DNA from: the human T2T-CHM13v2.0 reference genome, Homo sapiens
Direction: 5' to 3' (one strand)
Length of the DNA stretch: 64,000 nucleotides
NCBI RefSeq assembly: GCF_009914755.1
Contig: NC_060939.1
Shown here: positions 51,317 through 64,000 of the stretch, piece after piece
Numbering within the stretch: the first letter of the stretch is position 1
Layout: the number at the start of each line of letters is the position of its first letter
Position numbers and translations under genes: made by a program
The notes under the pieces: model-generated
What the model was told of the DNA's origin: nothing
Databases searched by the model: none
Seen by the model: only the letters and a program-made list of their open reading frames with translations

Positions 51317-51734
51317 TGATATAGTTGGAATGGTTGTCCCCTCCAAATCTCATGTTGAAATTTGATCCCTAATGTTGGAGATGGGGCCTGGTGGGAGATA
51401 TTCGGATCATGAGGGCAGATCCCTCACTAATGGCCTGGTGCCCTCCCTGTGGAAATGAGTAAGTTCTCACTCTTTTGGTTCACCTGAGAGCTGTTTGTTT
51501 AAAAGAGCATGGCACCCCTCCTTCTCTCTCTGTCTTGCTCCTTTTCTTGCCATGTGACACTCCTGCTCCCTCTTTGCTTCTGCCATGATGCTTCCTGGAG
51601 TCCTCACCAGAAGCAGATGCTGGCACCATGCTTCTTATACAGCTTGCAGAACCATGAACCCAATAAACTTCTTTTCTTTGCAAATTACTCAGCCTCGGGT
51701 GTTCCTTTATAGCAACACAAAATGAACTAAGACA
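51317..51734 (+). mobile_element. MSTB1-like solo LTR with perfect 5-bp TSD
   Basis: tgatatagtt...aactaagaca; TSD catga at 51312-51316 and 51735-51739; AATAAA at 51662. Confidence 0.92.
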
Positions 51735-54665
51735 CATGAGCTGCTCATACTCATTTCCAGACCATCCCAGGTGTGCTGTGCTGTTTTTTGCAGAAATATT
51801 TCAATATCTCTCTATTTTAAGGCCCCTTTTACTGTTTTTCTTCATGAATGCAGATTTTTCCTGCTATTTTTGTATTTTTAAAATCATTTCATTAGCAAAC
51901 TGCGAAGGAGGGAAGGCACGACTTGAAATTGCCTTCTTGAACTCCATGTCAGCCTGGTCTCCTGGCATATACTGGGCTGCCTTTCCACAGCCAAGGAGGG
52001 TTAATCATTTACCGTTAAAATTAAACCCCTCAGGCTTGCATTTCTGGCATTTTTGTAGCATGATACCCCAAGAGGAATGTATTTCTTTAAATCACACTTC
52101 AGCATATTCTAAACAGGATGAAGAATTTGTACTTTTGTCTACAGATTAAATAGCAGAAGAGGTGCCGGCCATGGGAGGACTGTGGGGTGATGATTTTATA
52201 ATGAATAGCAGAGCAGCAGGCCACAGCAGGCGGTGGCCCATGATCCCACATCATGTTGAGAATGTGAATGCAGAAAAAGCTGTGAAGTTCTCAGGCTTTT
52301 CAGAGAGCCACGAGAGCCCAGTTGTCGAGGTGGGATAGGTGGTATGGCCTGCCATTCATGTTGGAGTTCTCTGCCCGTTGGTATGGACTGACCCCAAATG
52401 TGCCAGTCTTGGTCTTTTCATTGCTCATGAGATGATGATCTCTTGGATATTCTCTGCAGAGTTTTGCTGCCCTCCTTGTGCCATCCTGCTGCCTGCTCCT
52501 TGCCTAGTTAGTCTCATTAGCACCTTCCCCAGATGGTACAGTAGAGGGACAAAGGGATTGACATGCAAACAGACTGCTTGGCGGAAAGGCTCTTCTGAGT
52601 GTCTGCAGGGCCTATTAGTCGCAATGCTAAGTCCCTTTTGCCAGACCTAATCAGGCACCCCCATCCCTGTAAGCCTTTTTTTTGTCTCCTTATTCCATGG
52701 CCACTGATTCTAATCTGAGTTCTAACCCAAACCCCAGCCGCCATCTTCCTTGCTCAGGAACGCAAGAGGGCCCAGAGGGGGATGGTTCCCAAAAGCCTAT
52801 TCTTACTATCTGAAAACAGTTTCCCTCTGTGGGTCAGCAGGAGCCCATTCTGCTCAGTGAACATTATTGTTGCTGCCAACTCTTCATTCTTCCCAGTACA
52901 CTCTTTGTGTACACAGGAGCTCTCCCGACATGGCTGGACACTCAGGTTCCAAGTTGAGGTGTCTCTCTTTTCCTGAATGTTGGATATGAATGCTAATCTT
53001 ACAGGTTTTTTGCTCCTAAAATCTAAATTATTGATATTCGTATATTTAAACTGCAAATCATATGAATTTTCCTAGGCAGTTCCGGGAGGTAGAAGTTTTG
53101 CTTTTAGAAGGGAATGTGGCCTTTGCAAAGCATGCTCAATATTCATTGCCAACAGCATGAAGGGCTGGAGGGTTTGTCAGAAGCATGTTTCTCAAGTCTC
53201 TGGCTTTTCTGCCTGTGTGACAGATAGCAGAATCATTTTGAGAGCTTGACTCCTCTGTTTGCTTTTGCTCATGCCTTCCTAGGGCTCTGTGCCCTGGGGT
53301 TGGGCCCCAGCCCACCTCTCCAGCCCCTCTCCCTGTGGAGCTCCAGCCAAACAGGACTTTGTACTATTCTCAGACCCCTCCTTCCACTTTCCCCACACCT
53401 TGCTCTGAGCCCTTTACTTGGGGCATCCTATCCCTTGCAGCTCCATCTCTCTGAGGCTCCTTTAGCACCTCCTCTGGGAGGAAGCTTTCCCTGACCCAGT
53501 CTGCTCTCTCCAACATGAAGCACTCTCTCTGTCTGCTCTGTGCTGCCTTTGCATTTTGTGCAGACATCTCCTCGAGTACCAGCTGAGTTGGTTTCATCGT
53601 TAAGTAGGAATGGTGTCTTGCTTCCCCTACTCTGTGAGCCACTTTGCTTAGTACTGCAGCTTGCACTTTGTAATTTCTGTTGGATGGAGTCAGTTTATAG
53701 ATTCTTGCTCTCTACCCAGTCTCTACACATTTGTGAGCTTCCACGCACCCTCTCTTGACAATATTATTTTGAAAAAAAAAAATCCATTGCACTGTGACTT
53801 ATTCCCATGCCATGGAGTGGGACTGGGCTGTCTTCTATAGTGCATTCCTGTGTGAATTCACCACATGCCCAGCACCCTTCTCCCTGCTCCCAGCTTGAAC
53901 TGTGAGCATCTTGTGTGAAATGGGAGAACTTGCTCAGCACTGGTCTGGGTAGGTAGAGTTTGACACAGCCTGTAACTCCAGCTGGTAAGGACGCTGCACT
54001 TGGTCACTGCTGTGAAACCATGTGTCCTTTCTTAAAAACCTTTTCCAGGCTCAAGTGCCATAAAGTTCTGAATTAGTAGTGGATAAATAAGTGGATAAAT
54101 AGTTCTGAACTTGCCAGTGGGATACATGTAGCCTGCCATTCATTGCCTGTCACCAGCCTTTCCCTGCCTGGATAACCATATAGAACCAGGAAAGAGGAGA
54201 CGTATTAGTTGATAAGTGGCCCAGGTTACTAGGGGAGGGCCTGTGTTTATAGCCTCCTAGTTGTTGAGAATATGTCAGGAGCTCAGCTTCTGGAAGTTGC
54301 TTAGGATTCCTACTGCCAAAGGAAAATGCTTTGTTAGGCTTGAGGGGTAGAATTACTTGTAGAGAAAAGCATTAGTTCTAAATCCTCAAGGATTCTTTGG
54401 AAAACAGGAAAAGAGAGATACATGGAGCATCCATAGGAGCCTGTAAGGAGTTGTAACTGGGCCACTGTGCAGTCATGACAGCTTAGCCTCCACAGTGGGT
54501 GGTTGTGATTCAGGACAGAGCTGTTGGACACCAGTGTATGTATGCGAGGCACCCTGGACTAGGGGACACAGAGATATTCAACCCCTGGCTAGCTGCTTTC
54601 ACAACGTTTGTAATCCAGGAAGGGAGGCAAGCTATCTGCCTAAGTGTCGATAATGTTGGGGACCA

Positions 54666-55228
54666 TGTGGGCAATATACTAAAAGGATCCCTAAGGTTTC
54701 CATCCTCTGGTTATTCAATCAAACACTAATCTAAGTATGGCTGCAAAGGGATTTTGCCTATGTAGTTAAAGTCCCAAGTCAGTTGATCATCAAATACAGA
54801 GATTATCCAGTAGGCATGACCCAAACAAGTAAGCCATTTAAAAGGAGAAAATTGTATCTGGCTCATGACAGATGGGGAAGTCAGAAAGATTTGAAGCACA
54901 AAAAGGATTTGATAGGCCATGACCATTGCTGGCTTTGAAGTTGGAGGGGCCATGAGCCAAGATCTGTGAGCAGCCTCCTAACATGGCCCCTGGCCAACAG
55001 CCAGCAAGGGCATGGGCACCTGACCTGACAACTGCAAGGATCTGCCAACAACTGGAATGATCTCAGAGGTGGATTCTTCTGCAGGGCCTCTAAGTAATAG
55101 CCCAGCCCAGACAACACCTCGATCTTGTCCTTATGAGGCCCTCAGCAGAGAACCTGGTCAATTGTGAGGTAATAAATGGGTGCTGTTTTAAGCTGCTGAG
55201 TTGCTACATGGCCATGGAAACTAATATA
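54666..55228 (+). mobile_element. MLT1E-like MaLR LTR
   Basis: ggttattcaatcaaacactaatcta...ttgctggctttgaag...aataaatgggtgctgttttaagc...aaactaatata. Confidence 0.8.
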
Positions 55229-55992
55229 GATACCATTCTGTTGAGGGCAGTAGCATTCCCTGTGCTGCAGGAGAGCTGAGAAGCTCGCAGCCCATCATGA
55301 CCATTAAATAGATTTGAAATGGTAGAGCAGTGTTGGATATAGATTTGAAATGGTAGAGCAGTGTTGCAGAGGAGATAATTATAAGTATATTCTTCCTGAG
55401 GAAAACACTTTACTCAGCAAGTGAGGAAGAAAGGCCTTCTCTCTGGAGCAAGAATTTAAGGGAGAAGGGGGAAGGGAAGGACTTTCTAATACACTTCGTG
55501 TTGTGATTCCACTTTCGTGTTAGTCTCCAAGTGTTTGCAAGAAGCTGAACATCTGCATGTGGCTCCAACTGTGTTCCTAGTGTCGTGGTGGCCCTGGTGA
55601 AGTTCAGGCCAGAACAGAATGAGGTACAGCCAGCTGCACCATCGGGGGCCCTCAGAAAGCTTTTCTTTGGAAGAATGGAGCTTTCTGACTCTACCTGAGG
55701 GTTAACTCCCTGTTACTAAACTGGAACAAGTTCTACCCTGAGTGACCAGCCATCTCCAGTTGCACTCCCTCCTTCCTGCCTGGAAGCACCGATGGCACAC
55801 GATTCTTTTCTGAGGGGCTGTTGGATCATTGCCCCCTACCCCTAAAGACAAAATGTAGACCTATCTAGGAGGAGAGAGGAGCTTAAGTGACTGGCAGAAG
55901 GGCTACGTGGCCTTAAATGTAACTGTTTCTCAACCTCCTTGGTGTGGGATTCATCTCTCACTCATGACTCTCTCTTTGCTACCACTTTAAAA

Positions 55993-56131
55993 ACAGTGAC
56001 CATATTGTATATATAGGTGATGGTCCAAATCCACGCACTAGGAGAGTGAAAAGAGGCTGTATTAATGACCGTCCTAGGACAATAGGCAAAAGCTAGGCTG
56101 TCCCAGCCAAAGCTGGAAAGTGTGGTCACTA
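55993..56131. mobile_element. MER94-like hAT-Blackjack MITE
   Basis: Inverted ends agtgacca (55995-56002) and tggtcact (56123-56130); about 136 bp. Confidence 0.6.
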
Positions 56132-56640
56132 CAACCGTGCCTGCCATTAGGGGACCTGTACCTCCTATAACTCCACCAAATATGGATGCAAACCCATTCC
56201 CCCGAGTCTCCCAGGAATGGCTGAGAGAGGCTGGAATGATCCAAAGTTCTCTACTAAACCAAAAGGAAAAATTGAAGAGGAATAAAGACATACACAGAAA
56301 AGAACTACACAAAAATAAAAATAAAAAGGCAGATGTTCCCAGTCTGGGTTTCTGATCCTGAAACAGCCACAAGCTGGCCACAGTCCCTGCAGATGGCTGA
56401 CCTCCTGCCCCCTCACTGCCCATCTGCTTCTGTTCAGTGGGTGCCGTCTTATTTTCTGCTTTGGGGAGTGGTCTCCAGACTTCCCAGAGCAGTTGTACTG
56501 TGAAAAGTAGTACAGGCTCTGCAGTAAGTCAGGCTGCCCTCTTCAAATCCTGACTCCGCAGTTCTCAGCTGTGAGACAACCGTAACTGGTTACTTAGTGT
56601 CTCTGGGCTTCAGTTTCTTTGTGGGACAAATACAGCCTGG

Positions 56641-56865
56641 CAGGGGCTATAGAGGAGGGGGCATTGCCCACCATGCAGGCAGTAGGAGCTGCATTGTCCA
56701 CAGGGTATTTAAAAACAATAATAGAACCTACTAAAAGTTAATCTGCTTTTTATTATCATCATGTCCCAGCAATTCTTGGCATATCAATGATCAAATATTT
56801 CTCCCCTCTGAAATGAACTGCCCCTAAGGCCCTTCTCCCCGCTGCATCTTGGTGTGCAACCACTG
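56641..56865. mobile_element. MER96-like hAT element inserted within a MIR
   Basis: atttaaaaacaataatagaacctactaaaagttaatctgctttttattatca; MIR-like sequence on both flanks. Confidence 0.7.
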
Positions 56866-57006
56866 TGACCCACTTCCTAGGGCTGTGTAGATAAAATACT
56901 GTAACACATGTAAAACGTTTCAGAATACCTAGCCCTTAGTAGAGTCCTCAGTGAGTAAAGAGTTAATTCCCTTGTCCTTCCTCTTCTGTCAAAGGCCACA
57001 GAACAT

Positions 57007-57400
57007 TGTATTAGCCTGAACTATTTGGTTGCAGGTGACAGAACCAAGTGTTAAAGACTTGAACACTGGGAGAAACTTTTCACTGTTTTATGTTTTTACT
57101 ACTTTCTTGGAGTCAGTTTTGTTCTCCTAGACCCCATTGTCCTTGAAGCTGAATCACTGCTGTTGAAAGAGCCATGCTCAGATTCTCAAAGAGAAAAGAG
57201 GGGGAAAGGTGGCAAAGGTCACATTTTGCCTATGGAGGACTCTGATTGGCCTGGTTGGATTCTATCCTAGTCTTGGGACCAATCACTATAGACAAGAGGG
57301 TGGGTGAGTTACTATGATTGGCCCAGGGTGTGTCAGGTGCTCAGTCCTCAACCAATCACTATGGCGAGGGAGATGGGATCTTGTAAGAAGATGGCAGCTC
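57007..57400 (-). mobile_element. Old MLT1 (J/K/L-like) LTR
   Basis: tgtattag..ttggttgcaggtgacagaacc start; two tgattggcc...accaatcact modules. Confidence 0.65.
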
Positions 57401-58275
57401 TTTTTTTGACTTTCATAATGAAGGATTAGTATGAGAGCTATTTCTCAAGAAAGCATTGTGGTAGAGGAGGTAATGGGTAAATAGAGTAAGAGATGTCTTA
57501 TGCAACTCTACTGCCCATTCAGAGCTCCCTCTTCTCGTTTGGGAAGAAAATGGTTTGGCTGCAACCGGTGAATTGATGTGTTTGTGCCCTCAGCCACTTA
57601 TAAACACCTGCCAGAGAGAATGAAGTCTAAGGAAAATGCACCCACCTTTAGTAGTAGAAGGCCCATTCTCTCCCAGGTTCACTGACACAGCTCCAGGCTC
57701 CAAAGTTTGTTCAGGAGCAGGCCTCAGGCACACTGGTTGGATCCCTGTCCTATGGCCTGGTGTTTTTTCCTGTGTGCACAGCTGCTGTAATAACTGGGGT
57801 CAACCTTTTGAGAATAAGAACACACTGTCACTGGAACAGTGACCAAAGCATCCTCCAGTTCTGGGCCCCCATTTCAGGGGGACACATTTTTGGAACCACA
57901 TCAAATATTGTCCTTCATGGGGCCATCGTTTTGCTTTGTTTTTGTTCCTAATTATTTTCTCTTGTTTTCTTCCTTTGCCATCTCACTGTTCCTCCTTTTT
58001 GAACCAAGATAAGATGTTTCCAGTTTTCTTAAGGATTCTTTTGATGAAATAATTCTAATTTATATTTGTATTTCTCTTGTAGCCTGGGGAGAATTTTTAT
58101 GTGCACAAAGCCTTCTTTTGTGATCTTATCCAAGACAAACTTCAGATTCTTCTTTTTAAAAAGTTACTACCGACCAAAATAATACTTACAAATCAGCTTA
58201 CTGCAAACAATTACAGAAGGGCCCTCTGCCCATCAAAAAAGATGCTCTTTTCTGGAATCTTTATATCTTCTGAAG

Positions 58276-58498
58276 CAGGAGTCAGAGAATGCATTTTTGT
58301 GAAGGGACACACAGTAAATATTTAGGATTTGTGGGCCATGTTGTGTTTGTTACAACCACCCAGCTCTGCCATGGTGTATGAAAGTAGCCATAGGCAATAA
58401 ATAAATGAGTGGGTGTGGCTGTTTTCCAATAAAACTTTATTTACAAAAACAAGTGGTGGACTAGATTTGGGCTGCAGGAAGTACTTTGTTGACTCATG
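58276..58498. mobile_element. MER58A hAT-Charlie MITE
   Basis: gtaaatatttaggatttgtgggcca...gggtgtggctgttttccaataaaactttatttacaaaaaca. Confidence 0.88.
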
Positions 58499-58659
58499 TT
58501 ATAAAGCATGTTATGCTTTTCAACTGTCTTAGAAAAATTACAGTAAAAAACTTTGAGGTAAGGTGGTCATAATTCTTATTCTCATTTCATGGAGTAGAAA
58601 AACTGAGAATCAGTAAAGGTATTGACAGCATAGTTCCCTGTGAGCTTTAGAGGCAGAGT

Positions 58660-59100
58660 AGGGTTTGATATTAACAGCCTTAAAAATATTCTCCTTATTT
58701 GATGCAGGAATGCCATATTTGGAAATCCATCCTAAGATGGTTTGGATTTTTGTTTGTATGTACATGTTCACCCCAGCACCCTTGGCCATAGGAAAAACCT
58801 GGAAACAAAGTAAAAGTCTAATAGTAAATTACCTACTCAAAATAATATTAAAAGAGCCTTTAAAATGAGGTTTGTGATGAAATTCTTGAGTTTATGCTAA
58901 GTGACATGAAGTAGAAAAATATACACCATGAGGCCTCAGCTAATTAAAATAAAGAACAGGCATGCATAGAAAAAGACTGACCAGAAACGCACCTAAATGT
59001 GAACAGTATTCTTCTCTGGAGAAGGTTATCTGGGATTTTCACTTAAAGTGTTCGTGTGCGTGACTTTTCTAAAACGACCATGTTAGTTTTAGAATGAAAA
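58660..59100 (+). mobile_element. Old L1M(E) 3' fragment
   Basis: tttgatgcaggaatgcc..ggaaatccatcctaag...atgttcacc...aaaaacctggaaacaa. Confidence 0.55.
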
Positions 59101-62066
59101 TTAAGGAGAAAAACAAGAATAGCAAGTTATTCAATCTTGTAGCCTGAGGCCTTGCTCTGTGCATTATTCCAGAGTGGTCTGAATGCCGTCTCTCCCTCCA
59201 GCAGCCAGGAGGCAGGGGCTAACTCCCGGTCTCAGGAGACCCTCCCTGCCTGCGGCTCTCTGTGCCGGGAGCCTGCCAGTCACTTGTACTCTGATTCTCT
59301 AAGGGGGTTTGTTGAGCTTTAGTGTGTAGGTCTTGAAATCTGTACATAACCCTTCAAAGTAGGAATGCCTGATTCCATTTTCCAGTTGAAGAAACTGAGG
59401 ATCCGAGAAATGAAGTGACCTGAACAAACTCTCACAACCCGCATATGGAGGAGCCATGTCTTACATCCTTGCTGCCTTTTTCATTTGAAATAGCGTAATT
59501 ACTAATTTATCAGCTCACTAATGGGTCTCCTTTGTACATCAAACCCAGAACAATATCTGCTTCCACAGCTTCTGGTTGTGTTGGAAGATTTCTGGGGCCT
59601 CTTACAAAGCCAGCCATTGTGCAACTTGAGCCCAAGTGCTCTAACAACTGGGTCCCTGAGCCACAGGGAAGCTCATAGCTCTGTACCAAAAGCAGGATGC
59701 TGATAGGACATCAAGAATTCTGACATTAGATTCTCCCTGAATTCAAAGAATGGGGAAGGTGAGAGGACCAGAGTGAGAAAACTAATTGTGGTCCTGGGGG
59801 CTGTTTGATTGTACCATTTCAGATGGAGCAGTTATAGATGCCCGCAAGTTCCCAGATGTGGCAGTGGGCATGGCTGGCTGCCCCGGACAGGAGGAAAGCG
59901 TGCTCAGAATTGAGGAGGACACGTCCTGAGAGGGAGATGTTAGGTGGGCCTTCCACATGGGTGCTGAAACCATGTAGGGTGATAGCAGGTCTTGGGGTAA
60001 AGAGAAAGGCTGTGGGTGCTGTGCTGAAAGTCTAAAATGCAGGAGGAGGAGAGACCCAGAGGTGGGAAGACAACAGAAACAAAGGAGGGGTAGTAGGTGG
60101 ACGAGGTGGATGACATGAGTCTGGAAGGAGCGTGTCATGCAGGAGTCGGGTTTTGAAGGGCTTCGGGGACTGAGGAAGACAGCAAGACTACCTTTGACCC
60201 CATGCCATGTGGGACATGGGAGCATGAGCCTTCTCTCCAGAGGGCATGCTCCAGAGGGCAGGCTGGTTTCTACTGAGGCAGGGAGTTGAGTTGAGTTCAG
60301 GGAGTGTCTATAAGGAGGCTGAGTATACAGGAGCTGTCTTACTTCCAAGTGGGTATTCTGGAGGGCACCCAGGGGGTTGGAGATTAGGAGGGAAAGGAGC
60401 AGGGGGCTTGGATCAAGGGTGAAGAGTACACATAGGAGAGGTGACCAGGGTGGCCGGTTGTTTAGGCACTGACTAAGGAAAACAGAATGGGAGGCATCAT
60501 GGGACCAGCCCAGAGACAGGATTACAAAAGAACCAGAGTCCTTCAGACCCAGTGGATGAGGCTGGGGAGCAGGGATTCTAGAAGGAGCCAGCCTTGGCTG
60601 GATGGATTGTGCCTCTAGGGATCTGCTGGGAGTCAGCCCGAGGAATCCAGGCCCATGCCTCTAAGCAGAACCCAGGCTTCTGTGGGTCAGGAATGAAGAT
60701 TAGATTAGGAGCAGTGTAACTGGCAGTAACATCTCTGTTTGCCTCTCTACTGGGAGCCGGTAGTAAGCAAACCCAGCACCCAGGTCTCCTGTGGGATGGA
60801 GACTGACTGCCATTCCATGACACTGGGATTCACAACCCAGTGCTGGGGCGATGGCCACTTGATTTTGTACATCTCAACTGCTATTACATTTGTCAAAAAT
60901 CCAATTTACACACAACCTTGCAGGAACACACCTACTCTATGAAGTCAGGCATGCTTTCAGAGGAGCCTGAAGAGCGGCTTCATTGTGTCCAAGGAAACCG
61001 GAGAAGCACACAGAGAAATAAACGTTGAAGCTGTTGTCTCTCAAGGTCATGACAACAGATCATGGAAGTGTGTTTTTTCATTTCCTCATGTTCCACTGCT
61101 CATGTGCTACGCAGCTGGGATTTATTTTCAGAGCACACTTTGGAATCTGCCAGACCCTCATGCTGGCCTGCTTCACAGCTGAAACCATTTGCCATTTGGT
61201 AGATGATAAAGCAAGTGACAATTTACACTAACATGGCCGTAAAAAGATGCCGTCTGTGAAGGAGACAGACAGGTGTCAAACCTGGGGCAGCAGACAGCGC
61301 AGAATCAGCAGACGCCCAGGACCTCCCCTGCACAGGCTGCGCCAGAGCTCTCAGCACACTGAGTCAGACCATTCCACTGAATAGAATTCTGGTCTACACA
61401 TCCTGCTTAAAGATGTACGTACCAGTAGTCAGCATGGTGGTGATTGCTGGGTCTTTGTAGAGCGCCATGCAGTCTGCAGAGCCCTGGTCCGTGTGAGAAG
61501 GGAAGGCTGCAAGTGTTGAGGGGAGCAAGCTGACCAGGCACAGTCCTAGACCATGTGTGCAGGATAGTTCTAGCACAGCGTGACAGAGCCGGCCCAAGGA
61601 GAGCACAATATGCTGCAGAGTGCAGCGAGGAAGGTGACCATCCTCTCTTGCATGTATTTTCACTCCCCCACACCTTCCTCCATTTGGAGCAGTGGGACGC
61701 AGGCTTGGGGAGGGTGACTTCTTCAAGGCCCTTTTGATTTCAAATGATAGAAACCCTTATGAAACGCTGTCTGCTGCAAAGCCGCAGCTCTCCAATCCCT
61801 TTCTCACTCTTCCTGGCTTTATTGTTCTTAGCTGTTGTCTCAGTGTAACAATCTGTTCTGTTTGAGTCTATTCTCATCGACTTTAGTCTGTTCTCTTCTT
61901 TGTTGTTGTTGTCCGCTCTCTCATCCTCTAGGATATAATGGCCTTTGCCTGTTTAATTCTTTGTGCTTACATTAGTGTCTCTCACATATTGTCCGGGCTA
62001 AATGAATATTTGTGAAGTGATGGCTGAGGTGACACCTTGGGTAAGTTGTGATAAAAAGTAGAAGTC

Positions 62067-62365
<299 letters not shown>

Positions 62366-63059
62366 GGAAATCAGGCAAAGGGAAGGGGATTGCTCAGGGA
62401 GGGGAAGTGGCTGGGAAGGGCCAGGGATGAGAGAGTGGCACACTGGGGAGCTGTGAGTCCTTCCGGGCAGCAGCAGGGGCCTGCGTGGAGTGGTGGGATG
62501 GCATAGGGTGAGGAGGGAGTATGAGAGGAGGGCAGGGGCCGGACTTTGGAGGCCTTTTATACTGGTCTGCGGGACTTGGATTTTCCTGACAACTAAGAGT
62601 GGAGAACATGAAAGGTTCTCAAGGAGGAGTGTGACGCGATCATTTGATCTAAGCCTGCCAGGAAACACATTTGTCGCTTGCCTCCTGTGTGCGAATCACT
62701 TTTATGTATGTTGTATCACAATAATCCTGAAAGCAAGATCTTGCTCTTTCATTTTTTGCAATAGAGAAAACCATGGACCAGCGAGTCTGAGTGACTGGCG
62801 TCACATAAATGGTAGAGCCATAATCGTTTTTGTGTTTTAAGTGAAGAATTCTGGTAGCAGTACAGAGGCTGGAATGAAGGGGACAAGACCAGAGGAAGTG
62901 ATGACTGCCCTTTTTCAGCCATCCATCCAGAAATGCAGTGAGGGGGACAGATGTAAGGTGGTAGCACTTCAGAGGCAGGAAGTGCACAGGCCAAAGATAC
63001 ACAGGAAGTAGAATTGATGGAATATTGGTGACTGATCAGATGTTGGAGTTTTTCATATT

Positions 63060-63295
63060 CATTATTTAATAAGCATTTATAGAGCCAAGCATAATTGTAG
63101 TCACTTTGTAATATTAATTCATTTAATGCACACAAAAACTATCTAAAGGAAGTACTATTATTATCTTCATTTTTACCAATGAGGTAGCTGAAGCACAGAG
63201 GTGTTAGGTAACTTGCCCAGGGTCACACAGTGAGTGAAGGAGGCAGGACTTAAAGCTAGGTAGTCCAGCTCCAGAGTCTATGCTCTTACCTACTA
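63060..63295 (-). mobile_element. MIR SINE
   Basis: aatgaggtagctgaagcacagaggtgttaggtaacttgcccagggtcacacag...ctccagagtc. Confidence 0.8.
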
Positions 63296-63506
63296 AATTT
63301 CTAGTTTGAGCAACTGGGTAGTGGTGGTGCCAATGACAAAGATAGGGGACTGTGGAGAAAGGGCAGCTTTGGACAGGAAGAAGAATTTGCTTTTGGACCT
63401 GAGGAATGTGAGATGTCAGTGAGATGCCCAAGAGACAGTTGTACATGTAAGAGCTTCCAAGAGAGGTCTGGCTGTGTTAAAGAAAAAATGATTCCCAACA
63501 TTTGTT

Positions 63507-63539
<33 letters not shown>

Positions 63540-63826
63540 AGACGGAGTCTTGCTCTGTCGCCCAGGCCGTACTGCGGACCGCAGTGGCGCAATCTCGGCT
63601 CACTGAAAGCTCCGCTTCCCGGGTTCATGCCATTCTCCTGCCTCAGCCTCCCGAGTAGCTGGGACTACAGGTGCCCGCCACCGCGCCTGGCTAATTTTTT
63701 GTATTTTTAGTAGAGACGGGGTTTCACCTTGTTAGCCAGGATGGTCTCGATCTCCTGACCTCATGATCCACCCGCCTCGGCCTCCCAAAGTGCTGGGATT
63801 ACAGGCGTGAGCCACCGTGCCCGGCC
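63507..63826 (-). mobile_element. AluYb8-family element with T31 tail and 12-bp TSD
   Basis: Yb-specific 7-nt insertion (reverse complement ccactgcggtccgcagtacggcctggg) plus ctaacaaggtg, gatcatgagg, gggaagcgg and gagattgcg. TSD ccaacatttgtt at 63495-63506 and 63827-63838. Confidence 0.93.
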
Positions 63827-64000
63827 CCAACATTTGTTAAAAACTATAAAGAAGATTCCATTCAAGGGATGCCATGTCAAGAGGTGCAGGCACCACTGCA
63901 CTGTGGTCTTGCATGCTAGGAGAGAGTGGACCCAATTCCAACAAGGATAAGTGAGGGTTTAGAAGCAAGAAGCAAGAATCAAGGTGGCAGCAGGAGGCAG

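Overview
Human genomic DNA; a human-specific AluYb8 at 63507-63826 supports the species call. The window lies inside the ARNT2 gene (bHLH-PAS transcription factor, + strand). Four internal coding exons, which I recognise as exons 2-5 (8475-8589, 15523-15570, 27802-28015, 32593-32806; 591 nt), splice in frame with GT-AG boundaries. They encode the N-terminal/NLS-like region, the bHLH domain and most of PAS-A. Exon 1 and exon 6 onward are not in the window. About 99% is intronic, with Alu/FLAM, MIR, L1, L2, MaLR/ERVL LTRs, hAT MITEs and simple repeats. Almost all ORFs in the supplied track are spurious. I found no RNA gene, CRISPR array or convincing novel multi-gene system. The most interesting signals are: (1) an inverted Alu pair tightly bracketing exons 4-5 (circRNA geometry); (2) a 1.2-kb UG-rich tract with many GTGAGT motifs next to a strong cryptic donor; (3) a short interstitial telomeric array; (4) a stop-free 45-nt phase-2/2 exon candidate in the intron where the paralog ARNT has its 45-nt exons; (5) several routes to truncated bHLH/PAS-A isoforms; (6) a three-level nested MaLR LTR; (7) an in-place micro-inversion inside an AluJ; (8) a young AluYb8. 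Repeat subfamily names come from remembered consensus sequences and their boundaries are approximate.
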